Below are positions 20,091 to 31,002 of a DNA stretch of 64,000 nt, piece by piece; within the stretch, counting starts at the first letter, position 1; each line of letters starts with the position of its first letter. The stretch comes from Halarcobacter sp. (lineage in GTDB: Bacteria; Campylobacterota; Campylobacteria; Campylobacterales; Arcobacteraceae), in assembly GCA_963676565.1 (NCBI GenBank), contig OY781089.1:2784001-2848000 (forward strand), written 5' to 3'. A program made the position numbers and the translations under genes. Under the pieces are notes generated by a model. It was not told where the DNA came from, searched no databases, and worked only from the letters and a program-made list of their open reading frames with translations.

Positions 20091-21850
20091 TTTAATTGAT
20101 GATTAAATTCAGGTACTATCTCTTTTAATTTTGAAATTTTATCTTCACAAACTAATAGTTCTTCAATATCACTATTAAGTTTATCAATATCGTAGTCAGT
20201 TTTACTTGCAACTGTTATTGACTCATATTGTGTTTTCATATCACTATCATTTATTAATAATTCTTCATAAAGTTTTTCGCCTGGTCTCAACCCACAAAAT
20301 TCAATTTGGATATCTTTTTTACCACTTAGATCAATCATTTTTTTGGCTAAATCCACAATTTTGATTGGTTCTCCCATATCAAGAATAAATATCTCACCAC
20401 CCTTTCCTAAACTTGCTGCTTGCAAAACTAATTCACAAGCTTCTGGAATAAGCATAAAATATCTAGTAATATCAGGATGAGTTACGGTAATAGGTCCACC
20501 ATTTTGAATTTGAGATTTAAATTTAGGAATTACACTTCCACTACTTCCTAACACATTTCCAAATCTAACTGAAATAATTTCTGTATTTTTACTCTCAACA
20601 TTTTGAGCATAAAGTTCACAAACTCTTTTAGTAGTTCCCATTACATTTGTAGGTCTTACAGCTTTATCTGTAGAGATTAAAACAAACTTCTCAACACCAT
20701 ATTTAATAGACAAATCAATACTATTTTTTGTTCCAATAATATTATTTGAGATACCTTCTAAAATATTTTCTTCTACCAATGGCACATGTTTATATGCTGC
20801 AGCATGTATAACTATTTGTGGTTTATATTTTTCAAAAGTAGACTCTAAAAAGCTTAAATTTCTAACTGTTTGCATAACAGAAACTATAGTATTATCATTT
20901 AATTCTTCCGTTATCTTGTAAAGATTATATTCACTATGATCTAAAAGTATTAATTGTTTTGCACCAAAAAGTTTACACTGTCTACTAATCTCAGAGCCAA
21001 TACTTCCACCAGCTCCAGTTATAAGTACTACTTTGTTCTTAATAAAAGACTCGATTTTTTGTTTATCTAAATCTTTTGGATGTCTTGCAAGCAAGTCTTC
21101 TACAGAGATATCTTTTAACTCTTTTGTATTTGTTGAACTTAGCGTGTTAATTTTTTTAATATCATTTATACCTAAGTCATTTAAAATCTCAAAAATGTTA
21201 ATCAATCTATTTTGTTCATAATCCTTTGAGATAATTACAGCTTCGATACTTTTTGTTTTAATTATGTTTTCCATATCTTCAAAAGAAGATACTTTCAGAT
21301 TCATAATATAGCTATTTATTAAATTTTTATTATCGTCTATAATTGAAACAGGGGTATAATCAATATTTTTAGAATCATTTAATATATTTTTTATACTATT
21401 ATCAGCTCCTAGGATAAGTGTATTTTTGTATTTAGTACCTTTACCACTTTCTATAATAATTCTTTTTGAAAGTCTTAATAAAGAGATAAATACCAAAGAA
21501 AACATAAAATCTATGATAATAATACTTCTAGCTAAAGGGCTGAGTTCTTCTCTAAAAAGAATAAATACAATAATAAATAATCCATAAGTTAAGATATGAG
21601 CTAATATGATTTTTTTTATTTCATATAAAGAGAAAAATCGCCACGCTGTTCTATATAATTTAAAATAAATAAAAAAAGAAACTTTTATAAAAAATATTAT
21701 AAAAAATATTATAAAGAAATTATTTAAAAAATCTGTAGGTATATCAAAATTAAATCTAAGATTATAAGATAAATATAATGACGTAAGGGACAATAAAAAA
21801 TCAAATACTAAAAAAAATATTATTCTTTTTAGAGGAGAAGGTTTTAGCAA
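20087..21850 (-). CDS. pglF: Membrane-bound UDP-GlcNAc 4,6-dehydratase (PglF/WbpM/CapD type)
   Basis: N-terminal TM helices, GAGGSIGSE, HAAAYKHVP, STDKAV, RFGNVLGSSGSV, GLRPGEKLYEEL; TTG start. Confidence 0.9.
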   Translation of the reverse strand: MLKPSPLKRIIFFLVFDFLLSLTSLYLSYNLRFNFDIPTDFLNNFFIIFFIIFFIKVSFFIYFKLYRTAWRFFSLYEIKKIILAHILTYGLFIIVFILFREELSPLARSIIIIDFMFSLVFISLLRLSKRIIIESGKGTKYKNTLILGADNSIKNILNDSKNIDYTPVSIIDDNKNLINSYIMNLKVSSFEDMENIIKTKSIEAVIISKDYEQNRLINIFEILNDLGINDIKKINTLSSTNTKELKDISVEDLLARHPKDLDKQKIESFIKNKVVLITGAGGSIGSEISRQCKLFGAKQLILLDHSEYNLYKITEELNDNTIVSVMQTVRNLSFLESTFEKYKPQIVIHAAAYKHVPLVEENILEGISNNIIGTKNSIDLSIKYGVEKFVLISTDKAVRPTNVMGTTKRVCELYAQNVESKNTEIISVRFGNVLGSSGSVIPKFKSQIQNGGPITVTHPDITRYFMLIPEACELVLQAASLGKGGEIFILDMGEPIKIVDLAKKMIDLSGKKDIQIEFCGLRPGEKLYEELLINDSDMKTQYESITVASKTDYDIDKLNSDIEELLVCEDKISKLKEIVPEFNHQLN

Positions 21851-21894
21851 GTATCAAATCCTTTTTTATAATAGATTGAATTATACTAAACTTG

Positions 21895-22866
21895 CTATGA
21901 AAACTTGATAAATTCTTTCTTTTCATCTATATGTTTCATAATAATACCCAATAAAAATATACTAAATATAAAAGTAATAAAAATATTAGAGATAAAATAA
22001 ACTAAGCAAAATAAAATTATATTTACAACTATTGCATAATTTGTAACCTTATAATGACTCCATCCAACTTGTGTAAGTCTTTGATATGCATGTTTCTTAT
22101 GAGCTTGAGATAATTTTTCACCATTTAATTTTCTTCGTATCAAAGTAACAGTAGCATCAAACCAAAACAAAGAAAACAAAATAATCCATATCCAAAAATT
22201 TTCACTAGTTTGATTTGAATAATAAATTGTAAAAACGGCAATATTGTACCCTAATAAAGTGCTACCAACATCCCCCATAAATATCTTTGCTTTATTCCAA
22301 TTCCAGTATAAAAATCCAAGAATTGAAACAATTAAAACTATAAAATGATTTCCATTAAAAAGAATAAATCCAGCTAAAGATAAAAATATAGCTTCACTTC
22401 CAGCATAACCATTTATTCCATCCAAGAAATTATAAAGATTTATAAACCAAATAATCATAAAAAATGCAAATATATTTGTAACTATTTGATTTTCTATAGA
22501 AAAAACAAAAAAATCTAAACTCCCAAATCCACCTAAAAAATACAATCCACCTAATGATACAAAGGATTGAACGATAAGTCTTAACTTAGCACTTAACTCA
22601 TAAATATCATCAAAAAAACTAATTAAACTAATCACTATGCCAACTAAAAGTGCATAAAAAAGGTTTAAGTCTATATCATCAGTAAAATACAGATAAAGTA
22701 AACCTAAAAACCAAGTGATAGCTAAAGCTATACCACCACCATGGGGAGTGGGTACAGTATGAGAACTTCGTTCATTTACAGTAGCAACTAGTGATTTTTT
22801 TATAGCATACTCTTTTATAAAATATGTAAGTGAAAATGAGATTAAAAGTAATATTAAATAAATCAA
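21895..22866 (-). CDS. Undecaprenyl-phosphate HexNAc-1-phosphate transferase (WbpL/WecA/MraY family)
   Basis: RSSHTVPTPHGGG, DD motif, NFLDGING, FMGDVGS and HAYQRL. Confidence 0.92.
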   Translation of the reverse strand: MIYLILLLISFSLTYFIKEYAIKKSLVATVNERSSHTVPTPHGGGIALAITWFLGLLYLYFTDDIDLNLFYALLVGIVISLISFFDDIYELSAKLRLIVQSFVSLGGLYFLGGFGSLDFFVFSIENQIVTNIFAFFMIIWFINLYNFLDGINGYAGSEAIFLSLAGFILFNGNHFIVLIVSILGFLYWNWNKAKIFMGDVGSTLLGYNIAVFTIYYSNQTSENFWIWIILFSLFWFDATVTLIRRKLNGEKLSQAHKKHAYQRLTQVGWSHYKVTNYAIVVNIILFCLVYFISNIFITFIFSIFLLGIIMKHIDEKKEFIKFS

Positions 22867-23720
22867 TCTTTGCCTTTTATCATAAGTTTTATACCTTCTT
22901 CAACAGAATATAGGTTTTTAAGATTTAATTTCTCTTTTGTAATACTATTATCAATCTCTAAACTACCATATAATCTTTTATGAAATGAAGGTTTTACTAT
23001 TTTTAATAAACTTTCAAAAAATGGTATTTTAATTAAAAAAACTTTTTTATCAAGATTTTTTGCTATAAATTCACAAAGCCTTGTTGTGCTTAGAGGTTCA
23101 TTATCACTTGCTAAAAAGATTCCTGATTTTTGTTGCTCAATTACAATATCTACTAAGTGACAAAGGTTCCCTATATATACCATGCTTCTTTTGTTTTCTA
23201 TTTTTCCAAAAGGTAATATTGAAATTTTGTTTACTAGATTTACTAGATTTTTAATATTTGCTTTTACACCATATCCATAAACTATAGGAGTTCTTATAAT
23301 ACTAATTTTAAAATTCTCGTCTTTTAACTTTTGTAGTTCTAATTCAGCTTTTAGTTTACTTTTTCCATATTCATCTTCTGGATTACAAACAGTATTTTCA
23401 GTATATTTATTATTTGTCTCTTCTCCATACACTTTAACTGTACTCATAAAAATAAAGTGTTTTACTCCACTTTCTTTTGCTTTTCTAGCTAACTCTAAAG
23501 TTTGAATAACATTTACTTTTTCATATTCTTTAGCACTTGCTCCATTCATTTGATGAACCAATGCCGAAAGATGAAAAACTACATCAATTTCATTACAATC
23601 TAAAGTATTCATATCATCTTTTAAAAAACTAAAAGTTTTTATCTGATATTTTTCTTTATATTTATTTATAAAATAATTTCCTATGAAGCCTGATGAACCT
23701 GTGATTAATATTTTTTTCAC
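22863..23720 (-). CDS. NAD-dependent sugar 4-reductase/epimerase (WbpK/WbpV-like)
   Basis: GSSGFIG, HLSALVH and YGKSK; next to the WbpL- and WbpM-like genes. Confidence 0.8.
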   Translation of the reverse strand: MKKILITGSSGFIGNYFINKYKEKYQIKTFSFLKDDMNTLDCNEIDVVFHLSALVHQMNGASAKEYEKVNVIQTLELARKAKESGVKHFIFMSTVKVYGEETNNKYTENTVCNPEDEYGKSKLKAELELQKLKDENFKISIIRTPIVYGYGVKANIKNLVNLVNKISILPFGKIENKRSMVYIGNLCHLVDIVIEQQKSGIFLASDNEPLSTTRLCEFIAKNLDKKVFLIKIPFFESLLKIVKPSFHKRLYGSLEIDNSITKEKLNLKNLYSVEEGIKLMIKGKD

Positions 23721-24841
23721 ACTTTACCTTCATATATCTCAAAATGTTTTTGAATTACTTTTTTTATATCAAATTCTTGTTCTGCAAGCTTTCTACTATT
23801 TCTTCCCATATTATTTCTCAAATCACTATCTAATATAAGTTTTTCAATACACTTAGCTAAAGATTCTGCATCTTTTACTTTACAAAATAGACCTGTTTTA
23901 TTTTCAATAATAGTATCCTTACATCCTGGCATATTTGTTGTAACTATTGCTCTTCCACAAGATGCTGCTTCAATAAGAACTTTAGGTAATCCTTCACCAT
24001 AGTATGATGGTAAAACTATAATGTCAGACTTTTGAAAAACTGACTTAATATTACTACTAAACCCTTTTACATTAAAGTTTGGAATTTTTGAAATTTTATC
24101 CAAGTCACCTTTTGTTAAAGAGTTCGGATTACCTTCATCTATTTCTCCATACAGCTCAAACTCTACTTTCATATCTCTTTTTTCTAATATTTTAGCTGCC
24201 TCTGCAAACTCAAATACTCCTTTTTCTTTTAATAATCTTGATGCCATAACTACTTTAGGTATAATATTTTCAGATGATTTATAAAAGTATTGTTTGAGAT
24301 CCACTCCAGAACCTTTTATTAAAGTTATATCTTTATTATTTATAGTGTCAAAGCTCAGAATAACTTTTTTGTCTTCAGGATTTTGAACTATTACATGAGA
24401 GTTATCACCACCTAGTGCAATTTTATACATTATCCTAACAATTGTTCTTACCATTTTTGCCTTAATACTCTGTGCTACAAAAACAAAACCTAACCCAGAA
24501 ATAGCAAAAACTTTTCTAAAGTGTCCTAAAAACCTTGAAACAATACCACCATAAAGTACAGGCTTGATAGTAACAAAATGGACAATATCAGGACTTACTT
24601 TTTTTAAAAGCTTATATATTTCTAAAAAAGATTTTATTTCATTTTTTATTCCCATACCACTTCGTGATATATTAATAGGGTGAACGGTTAAACCTAAACT
24701 TTCTAAATACCCTTTTTTATCAGTAATTCCACAAGCTATATGAACTTCATAACCTTTTTTTAAAGCTTCCAAAGATAAAGGCAATCTATGAGAAATAAAA
24801 AACCAATCTACATTGATTACAAATAAAATTTTTTTAGTCAA
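23717..24841 (-). CDS. GT4 glycosyltransferase (PglA/Cap1E-like)
   Basis: WFFISHRLPL, TIKPVLYG and PSYYGEGLPKVLIEA. Confidence 0.9.
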   Translation of the reverse strand: MTKKILFVINVDWFFISHRLPLSLEALKKGYEVHIACGITDKKGYLESLGLTVHPINISRSGMGIKNEIKSFLEIYKLLKKVSPDIVHFVTIKPVLYGGIVSRFLGHFRKVFAISGLGFVFVAQSIKAKMVRTIVRIMYKIALGGDNSHVIVQNPEDKKVILSFDTINNKDITLIKGSGVDLKQYFYKSSENIIPKVVMASRLLKEKGVFEFAEAAKILEKRDMKVEFELYGEIDEGNPNSLTKGDLDKISKIPNFNVKGFSSNIKSVFQKSDIIVLPSYYGEGLPKVLIEAASCGRAIVTTNMPGCKDTIIENKTGLFCKVKDAESLAKCIEKLILDSDLRNNMGRNSRKLAEQEFDIKKVIQKHFEIYEGKV

Positions 24842-26009
24842 TTTCTAATACCTTTTTATACTTTTCTAGTATTCTTTTTTTTGAAAATTCATAAACTCTT
24901 TTATGCACTTTTTTCTTAAAATTTTTATAAATATTAGTATCTAAATAATATTCTATCGCTTCTATAATATTTATTAAACTTTTTTCAGGTATCAATATCC
25001 CATATTCTACTATTTCTAAATTTTTTTTCAAATGTCCTTTTTGTATATTATAACTTGGATTTAAAATTTCTCTTGGACCTGTTTTACAGTCAGTTGATAT
25101 TACTGGAAGCTCACAGCACATAGCTTCAATAAGTGCATTAGGGAAACCTTCACTTATAGAGGTAGAAACATAAATATAACTCTTACTCAAATAATAAAAT
25201 GGATTTTTCACATTTCCTAAAAAATGGATTTTTTTTGATAATTTATATTCTTGAACCAACTCTTCTAATTTAGTTTTTTGTTCACCATCCCCTAAAAATA
25301 TAAGTTCCAAATTATTATGTTTTCTTTCTATACTTATAAATGCTTTTAAAAGATCAATTTGTCTTTTATCTTTATGAAATCTTCCCATAGAAATAATGTA
25401 TTTTTTTTCTTTATTGAATTTAAAAATAGCTTCACTATCATCATTTTTAAGCAAGTTTATTTTTTCAATATCAATAGGATTATTTATCACTATATTTTTA
25501 TTTTTTAAATTAAAAGTTTCTATATATTCTAATTTCATTGCTTCTGCTTTAAAAATCAATAAATCTGCATATTTATAAAGTCTTTTAATTAAAAATAAAT
25601 TTATTTTTGAAGATATTCTATTATCGCTATATTTTGCTAAAGCTGATACAGCACTGACAAGTTGAACATTATGATTAGAACCAAAAAATCTAGCAAATAT
25701 ATTAACGTAGTTGGCTCGAAATAAGTGACTTTGAACAACTTCTATATTATTTTCCTCAATATATTTTTTTAGTCTATATCCAAAAACTAAAAGCATTATA
25801 AACTTTTTTATAGAATTTTCTTTACCATTATTTTGTGTTAAATAAGTAACTTTAATAGAACTATCTAAGCTATAAAAATTATCTTTTTCAAGGCATAGAA
25901 GTTCTACTTTATGTCCTTCTTCTTTAAGTGAAGAAATTATTGTAGCAAGAACTCTTTCTGCCCCACCATTAGTAAAAGAATTTATTAGAAAAGCTATTTT
26001 CTTACTCAC
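24834..26009 (-). CDS. GT4 glycosyltransferase (PglJ-like)
   Basis: GGAERV, EGFPNALIEAM and DCKTGPREIL. Confidence 0.9.
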   Translation of the reverse strand: MSKKIAFLINSFTNGGAERVLATIISSLKEEGHKVELLCLEKDNFYSLDSSIKVTYLTQNNGKENSIKKFIMLLVFGYRLKKYIEENNIEVVQSHLFRANYVNIFARFFGSNHNVQLVSAVSALAKYSDNRISSKINLFLIKRLYKYADLLIFKAEAMKLEYIETFNLKNKNIVINNPIDIEKINLLKNDDSEAIFKFNKEKKYIISMGRFHKDKRQIDLLKAFISIERKHNNLELIFLGDGEQKTKLEELVQEYKLSKKIHFLGNVKNPFYYLSKSYIYVSTSISEGFPNALIEAMCCELPVISTDCKTGPREILNPSYNIQKGHLKKNLEIVEYGILIPEKSLINIIEAIEYYLDTNIYKNFKKKVHKRVYEFSKKRILEKYKKVLEID

Positions 26010-27894
26010 TAATCATCCACCTTTCATACCATTTTTCAAATACAAGTAAAAACCATATTTTATATGGATTTACTCCTTTTTTTTTATAGTAACTATCTCT
26101 TAAAAAAATTACTTCATTTGGATTTAATAATCCTTCTTTTTTTACTCTCTTATAATCTAGATAAAAATAAACTTCATCTTTTAATTTGCCATTAAGCCAT
26201 TTATCTATGGGTATTGAAAATCCTTGTTTTTCTCGTTCCATAAGTTCTTTTGGTACATATTTATGCACTAACTCTTTTAAAAGGTACTTTTGTATTTTAT
26301 TTTTATATATTAACTTTTCTGGGATAGAACCTACATACTCTATAATTCTATGGTCTAATAATGGTTCTCTTGCTTCTATTGACTCACTCATACTTGCTCT
26401 ATCTACTTTTTGTAAAATATCATCGGGTAAATATGTCTTAAAATCTATATATTGCATAGATACATTTTCTGTCTCAGTTTGAATAACTTCTTTTCCTATA
26501 AGTTTTTTTATTTCTTCAGACAAATAATATTTATTTGCTTCTTTATAAAGTTGATTTATATTGTGAATTTTTGAAAATTTTAAAAGCTTTAATATTTTAC
26601 TTATCAAGTTCTTGCATTTATATTTGTATGGTACAAATTTAAATAAAAAGTAAAAAAACTTATCATCTATAAATTTAAAATCAAAATATTGAATAAACTT
26701 ATACTTATCATAAATCTTTTGAAGCTTCAAAGTATTAATATACTTGCCATACCCAAAGAATGTCTCATCTCCACCATCTCCTGACAGTACAACTTTCACA
26801 TCTACTCCTGCAAGTTTGGATACTGCTATTGTTGGAATTGCTGAACTATCACCAAAAGGTTCATCAAATATATCTGTAAGTGTTGGTAAAATATCAAGTA
26901 AGTTTTCTTCTGTTATATAAAGCTCTTTATGTTCAGTTCCAAGATAATTTGCTATCTCTTTTGCATATTTTGCTTCATTATATTTCTCTTCCACAAATCC
27001 TATTGTAAATGTCTTTATTTTTTGTTTGGTATGCTTTTGAAGTATTGAGGCTACTGAAACGGAATCATATCCTCCACTTAAAAAAACTCCTACAGGTACA
27101 TCAGATACCATTCTAAGTTTATATGATTCTATAAGAAGTTTTTCTAAGTCTTTTAATATCTCTTTTTCAGTTTTTTTTGTTTTTTCTTGGGTAAAGGAAT
27201 TTGTTATATCCCAATATGTTTCAATATCTATTTTATTAGTTTTTAAATTATAAGTAAGATATTTCCCTGGTTCTAACTTAAAAGTATTTTCGAATATTGT
27301 TTTAGGTGCATTTATATATCCAAATTGAAAGTATAATGACAAACTATCTAAATTTATCTTTTTATTCTTTTTAAAATTTGGGTGTTTATGAAAGGCTTTA
27401 ATTTCTGATGAAAATATAAAAATGTTTTCGTCTACATAATAATTTAATGGTTTTACTCCAAATCTATCTCTTACAATTATTATCTTATCTTTTATTTTAT
27501 CATAGATACAAAAAGCAAACATTCCTATAAATCTATCTACTGCTTTTATACCCCATTGTTTATAACTATAAAGCACTATTTCTGTATCTGAATTTGAGTT
27601 AAACTTATATCCTAAATATTCCAATTCTTTTTTTATATCTTTAAAGTTATACACTTCACCGTTAAATACTATTATATAATTCTTACAGTCACTATTCATA
27701 GGTTGATGACCATGATCAGTTAAATCTTGAATTGAAAGTCTTTTATGAGCTAATCCTATTGTAGTACTTTCAATTTGTTCATAAAAAATTCCTACATCAT
27801 CTGGTCCCCTATGATGTAGTGTTTTTATCATATCATTTAATATCTCTTTTGGAGTACTATTATTTTTATCTATAAGTCCTACTATACCACACAT
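26002..27894 (-). CDS. AsnB-like glutamine amidotransferase (WbpS-type, probable sugar amidation)
   Basis: N-terminal MCGI, HRGPD, FNGEVYN, LSGGYDS, SGDGGDE and KVDRASM. Confidence 0.9.
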   Translation of the reverse strand: MCGIVGLIDKNNSTPKEILNDMIKTLHHRGPDDVGIFYEQIESTTIGLAHKRLSIQDLTDHGHQPMNSDCKNYIIVFNGEVYNFKDIKKELEYLGYKFNSNSDTEIVLYSYKQWGIKAVDRFIGMFAFCIYDKIKDKIIIVRDRFGVKPLNYYVDENIFIFSSEIKAFHKHPNFKKNKKINLDSLSLYFQFGYINAPKTIFENTFKLEPGKYLTYNLKTNKIDIETYWDITNSFTQEKTKKTEKEILKDLEKLLIESYKLRMVSDVPVGVFLSGGYDSVSVASILQKHTKQKIKTFTIGFVEEKYNEAKYAKEIANYLGTEHKELYITEENLLDILPTLTDIFDEPFGDSSAIPTIAVSKLAGVDVKVVLSGDGGDETFFGYGKYINTLKLQKIYDKYKFIQYFDFKFIDDKFFYFLFKFVPYKYKCKNLISKILKLLKFSKIHNINQLYKEANKYYLSEEIKKLIGKEVIQTETENVSMQYIDFKTYLPDDILQKVDRASMSESIEAREPLLDHRIIEYVGSIPEKLIYKNKIQKYLLKELVHKYVPKELMEREKQGFSIPIDKWLNGKLKDEVYFYLDYKRVKKEGLLNPNEVIFLRDSYYKKKGVNPYKIWFLLVFEKWYERWMISE

Positions 27895-29024
27895 TTTCTT
27901 CTCACTTGTAAAAAATCTTTGAATACAAAATATATAACAAAAAATAAAACTGTAAATTGTAATTTATGTCTCATTGCTGTACCATAATTAGAGTCAATCA
28001 TCGATGTTAAAGTTAAACCAAACAACATATAAATAAATAAAAATAAATAAAATCTATTTAGATACAAAAACTTTTTAAATTTCCTAAAATTATATAAAAA
28101 ATAAATAGCTATATAAAGAAGAAAAAGATTTTCTATAAAAGTAAATAAGGCTGGCAAATTATGAATATCCCAAGGCATAGGACCAAAAGTAAAATATACT
28201 AAACGTATAGGAGCAAACAAAAATAAATCTATAATATTTTTATAGTTCATTCCTTCTAGATAAGCTGCACCCCCTGATGTTCTATATTCCATACTTTTAT
28301 TTATAACTTCAATATAATTAGGATATAAAAACTCTACCATTATAGTAAATACTATTAAAACAAGAATTATAAGTAGTAATATTTTTTTGGGTTTGAAAAG
28401 AATAAAGGGAAATGCTATCAAAAAAGGTAAAATATAAAATGCCCTAAAGAAAACAAGAAGATAAAGTGTTAAAATTATAGTCAAAAGAGGGAATAGAATT
28501 TTTCTTTTTGTATACATAATATAAGTAAAGTATAAAACTATTGAACCTAGTAACCAAATAAAAGGTTCTCTTGTCACCATAACACTCATCAATAAGTGAG
28601 TAGGTAAAAGAGAGATAAAAGCAATAATATATAACTTATTGCAACTGTTATATTTAAAAATTTTATACAAAAAAAGCACAGAAAGATTTGAAAAAAATAT
28701 ATTTAAAAACGATGCTTTTATAAAATCATTTCCATCAAAAAATTGTATAGGTAATAACAAATATCCCATACTTATATATGAATAACTTGAAGAAGGTATC
28801 TGTTGCAAATCTTTAAAGTAATACTCATAGATATTTTTTGAATACTCAATATATCCTGATGCATCCCACATGTAAGGTATTAAATTATATTTAAAGTTAA
28901 AATAACCCAATAAAATTTGAATATTTATAATTATAAAAAATAAAATAAAAATTTTTCTTTCTTTTACTAATACGTATAATAAAAGTGAATATATTATATC
29001 TATAAAAAATAAATAATTTATCAA
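27882..29024 (-). CDS. Putative Wzy polysaccharide polymerase
   Basis: Highly hydrophobic multi-TM protein within a wzx/wzz-containing cluster. Confidence 0.6.
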   Translation of the reverse strand: MINYLFFIDIIYSLLLYVLVKERKIFILFFIIINIQILLGYFNFKYNLIPYMWDASGYIEYSKNIYEYYFKDLQQIPSSSYSYISMGYLLLPIQFFDGNDFIKASFLNIFFSNLSVLFLYKIFKYNSCNKLYIIAFISLLPTHLLMSVMVTREPFIWLLGSIVLYFTYIMYTKRKILFPLLTIILTLYLLVFFRAFYILPFLIAFPFILFKPKKILLLIILVLIVFTIMVEFLYPNYIEVINKSMEYRTSGGAAYLEGMNYKNIIDLFLFAPIRLVYFTFGPMPWDIHNLPALFTFIENLFLLYIAIYFLYNFRKFKKFLYLNRFYLFLFIYMLFGLTLTSMIDSNYGTAMRHKLQFTVLFFVIYFVFKDFLQVRRKCVV

Positions 29025-30166
29025 GTAAATACCTTTTCAAACTCTTTAGCACTCTTACTCCAACTATATTTACACCTTATCCTTTCTTTTATTTCATCTT
29101 TATCAAAATCATTATTCCTAAAATCTTTAAACTTAGTAGCAAGCATGTTTTCATTGTCAGGTTCTACTATATATCCAGTGACTCTATCTTCAATAATATT
29201 TGGTATTCCTCCTACATTTGTTCCTATACAAGGTATCCCGAAACTCATAGCTTCAATCAATACATTTGGAAAGTTATCATAATGAGAAGTTAAAGCACAT
29301 ATGTCAGATATATTATAAAATTTTCCTAATTCATCTTTATCTATGTTACCGGTAAATATCACATTATCTTGAATACTTAAACTATTTACTAATTCTATTA
29401 AATCATCTTTTTTATTTCCATCACCCACAATAATAAGTTTAGAATTAGAATCTTTTTTTACAAATAATGCAAACCCTTTTAAAAGCATAGGAACATTTTT
29501 TATATCTATCAATCTTCCCACAAAAAGAATTACAAAATCATCACTTTTAATTCCAATATTGCTTCTAAAAACTTGTTTATCTATCAACGTACCTTTATCA
29601 AACTCATATACTCCAATATTTATAAAGTGTAGTTTATCATTAACAATATCTCTTTGTTTTATCTGTTCATAAGCATTTCCATTAGCTATAATTCCATAGC
29701 AACCTTTTGCTAAAAAAATGTCATAAAAATTACTCAATGGTCCAGGCATTCTTATATATGCTTTTTTATTTATAAATTTTGATACTAAATAAGTCAATAA
29801 AGGTAACTCACAAGTATGTAATACAAAGTCATCATCTCTCTTTTTTAAAGCTAAAAAAACTCTAAATTCAAATATCACTTGTCCAAGTATTCTAGGTATT
29901 CCTCTAATACCTCTTAATTTTTTAAGGTATTTATTTTTATGAAATAATTGTGTAAAAGGATAAAGCCAAGGTGATTTTATAAAAACTTCTTTATTAAAAT
30001 GCTTTGCAACCTTATCATAAGTACTATTTTTAAAAAGAGGTTTTAAAGAATATATTTCAACTTCATATCCTAAGTCTGTCAAAGCTTTAGACATATTTAT
30101 ATCAAAATTTTCTCCACCACCTCTAAACATCATCATACCAATATTAACAAATATTACTTTTTTCAT
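29021..30166 (-). CDS. GT4 glycosyltransferase
   Basis: FVGRLIDIKN, DNFPNVLIEAM and VGGIP. Confidence 0.88.
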   Translation of the reverse strand: MKKVIFVNIGMMMFRGGGENFDINMSKALTDLGYEVEIYSLKPLFKNSTYDKVAKHFNKEVFIKSPWLYPFTQLFHKNKYLKKLRGIRGIPRILGQVIFEFRVFLALKKRDDDFVLHTCELPLLTYLVSKFINKKAYIRMPGPLSNFYDIFLAKGCYGIIANGNAYEQIKQRDIVNDKLHFINIGVYEFDKGTLIDKQVFRSNIGIKSDDFVILFVGRLIDIKNVPMLLKGFALFVKKDSNSKLIIVGDGNKKDDLIELVNSLSIQDNVIFTGNIDKDELGKFYNISDICALTSHYDNFPNVLIEAMSFGIPCIGTNVGGIPNIIEDRVTGYIVEPDNENMLATKFKDFRNNDFDKDEIKERIRCKYSWSKSAKEFEKVFT

Positions 30167-31002
30167 AATTTTAAATCTCTTGCTCGTATAGGAGTTATAT
30201 CATATTTACTTACAAAATCTAAAAACTCTTTTAATAAATCATACTGAGTTTTTTTAGAATTATCTGGCAAAATACATTTGTGCTCCCAAAAATGTGTCGC
30301 TAGTACAAAAGGATAGTCATTGTCTTTACAGTAAAGAAAAGCATTTTCTAAAGTTTTAAGCTTTGTAGATGGAGTTAAAGCATATCCTCCTACTTCCCAT
30401 CTATTACCATCTACTATAGGAATAGGACTATCAAATTTAAATTTAAACATATAATAAATTCTTTGTAATCTTGCTATTTGATGCTTTGCAGAAAATAAAC
30501 TTCTAGTATTTCTTTTAACTCCTGGCAAATTTAAAAGATTAAATTTATTATCAATTAAAATATTTGCTATATCTACAGACATAGTGTTGCTAGGAGGTAC
30601 AAAAGTATTTATATCTATCCCAAATAAACTTTCTAAATATTTTTTAGACTCTATCAATTTTTTTTCAAAACCATCTATTTTATCTATTAGTTCGGGGTAA
30701 ATAGTATGGTTTTTTATTCGATAAGTATGATGAATACCGTGTAAAGCAATATCAACTTTATTTTCTACTATTTTATTGTTAATATATTTAGTTAATTCTG
30801 CATTTCTTCCCATAGGATAAGCTTGAGTGTCATGCCAGTACTTTAGTGGTATAAAGCCAACTAAAGCTGTCCCTATCTGATATGGAACAGTAGCAAATGT
30901 TATAGGAAAAGTCCCCCATATATCTTTATATAAACTATCTATCTCATCTATATTTGTAAAATATGATAAGTCATCATCTCTTATTATAAATTGTACACTC
31001 AA
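30163..31002 (-). CDS. DUF2334 / polysaccharide deacetylase-like protein
   Basis: IRDDD, LHGIHH, FVPPSN and ATHFWE (NodB-like metal motifs). Confidence 0.75.
   Translation of the reverse strand: MSVQFIIRDDDLSYFTNIDEIDSLYKDIWGTFPITFATVPYQIGTALVGFIPLKYWHDTQAYPMGRNAELTKYINNKIVENKVDIALHGIHHTYRIKNHTIYPELIDKIDGFEKKLIESKKYLESLFGIDINTFVPPSNTMSVDIANILIDNKFNLLNLPGVKRNTRSLFSAKHQIARLQRIYYMFKFKFDSPIPIVDGNRWEVGGYALTPSTKLKTLENAFLYCKDNDYPFVLATHFWEHKCILPDNSKKTQYDLLKEFLDFVSKYDITPIRARDLKL

Noticed and set aside
20087..26009. N-linked protein glycosylation (pgl) locus
   Set aside because: No pglB, pglK, pglC or pglE here; the WbpL/WbpK-like, wzx, wzz and waaL context favours O-antigen synthesis
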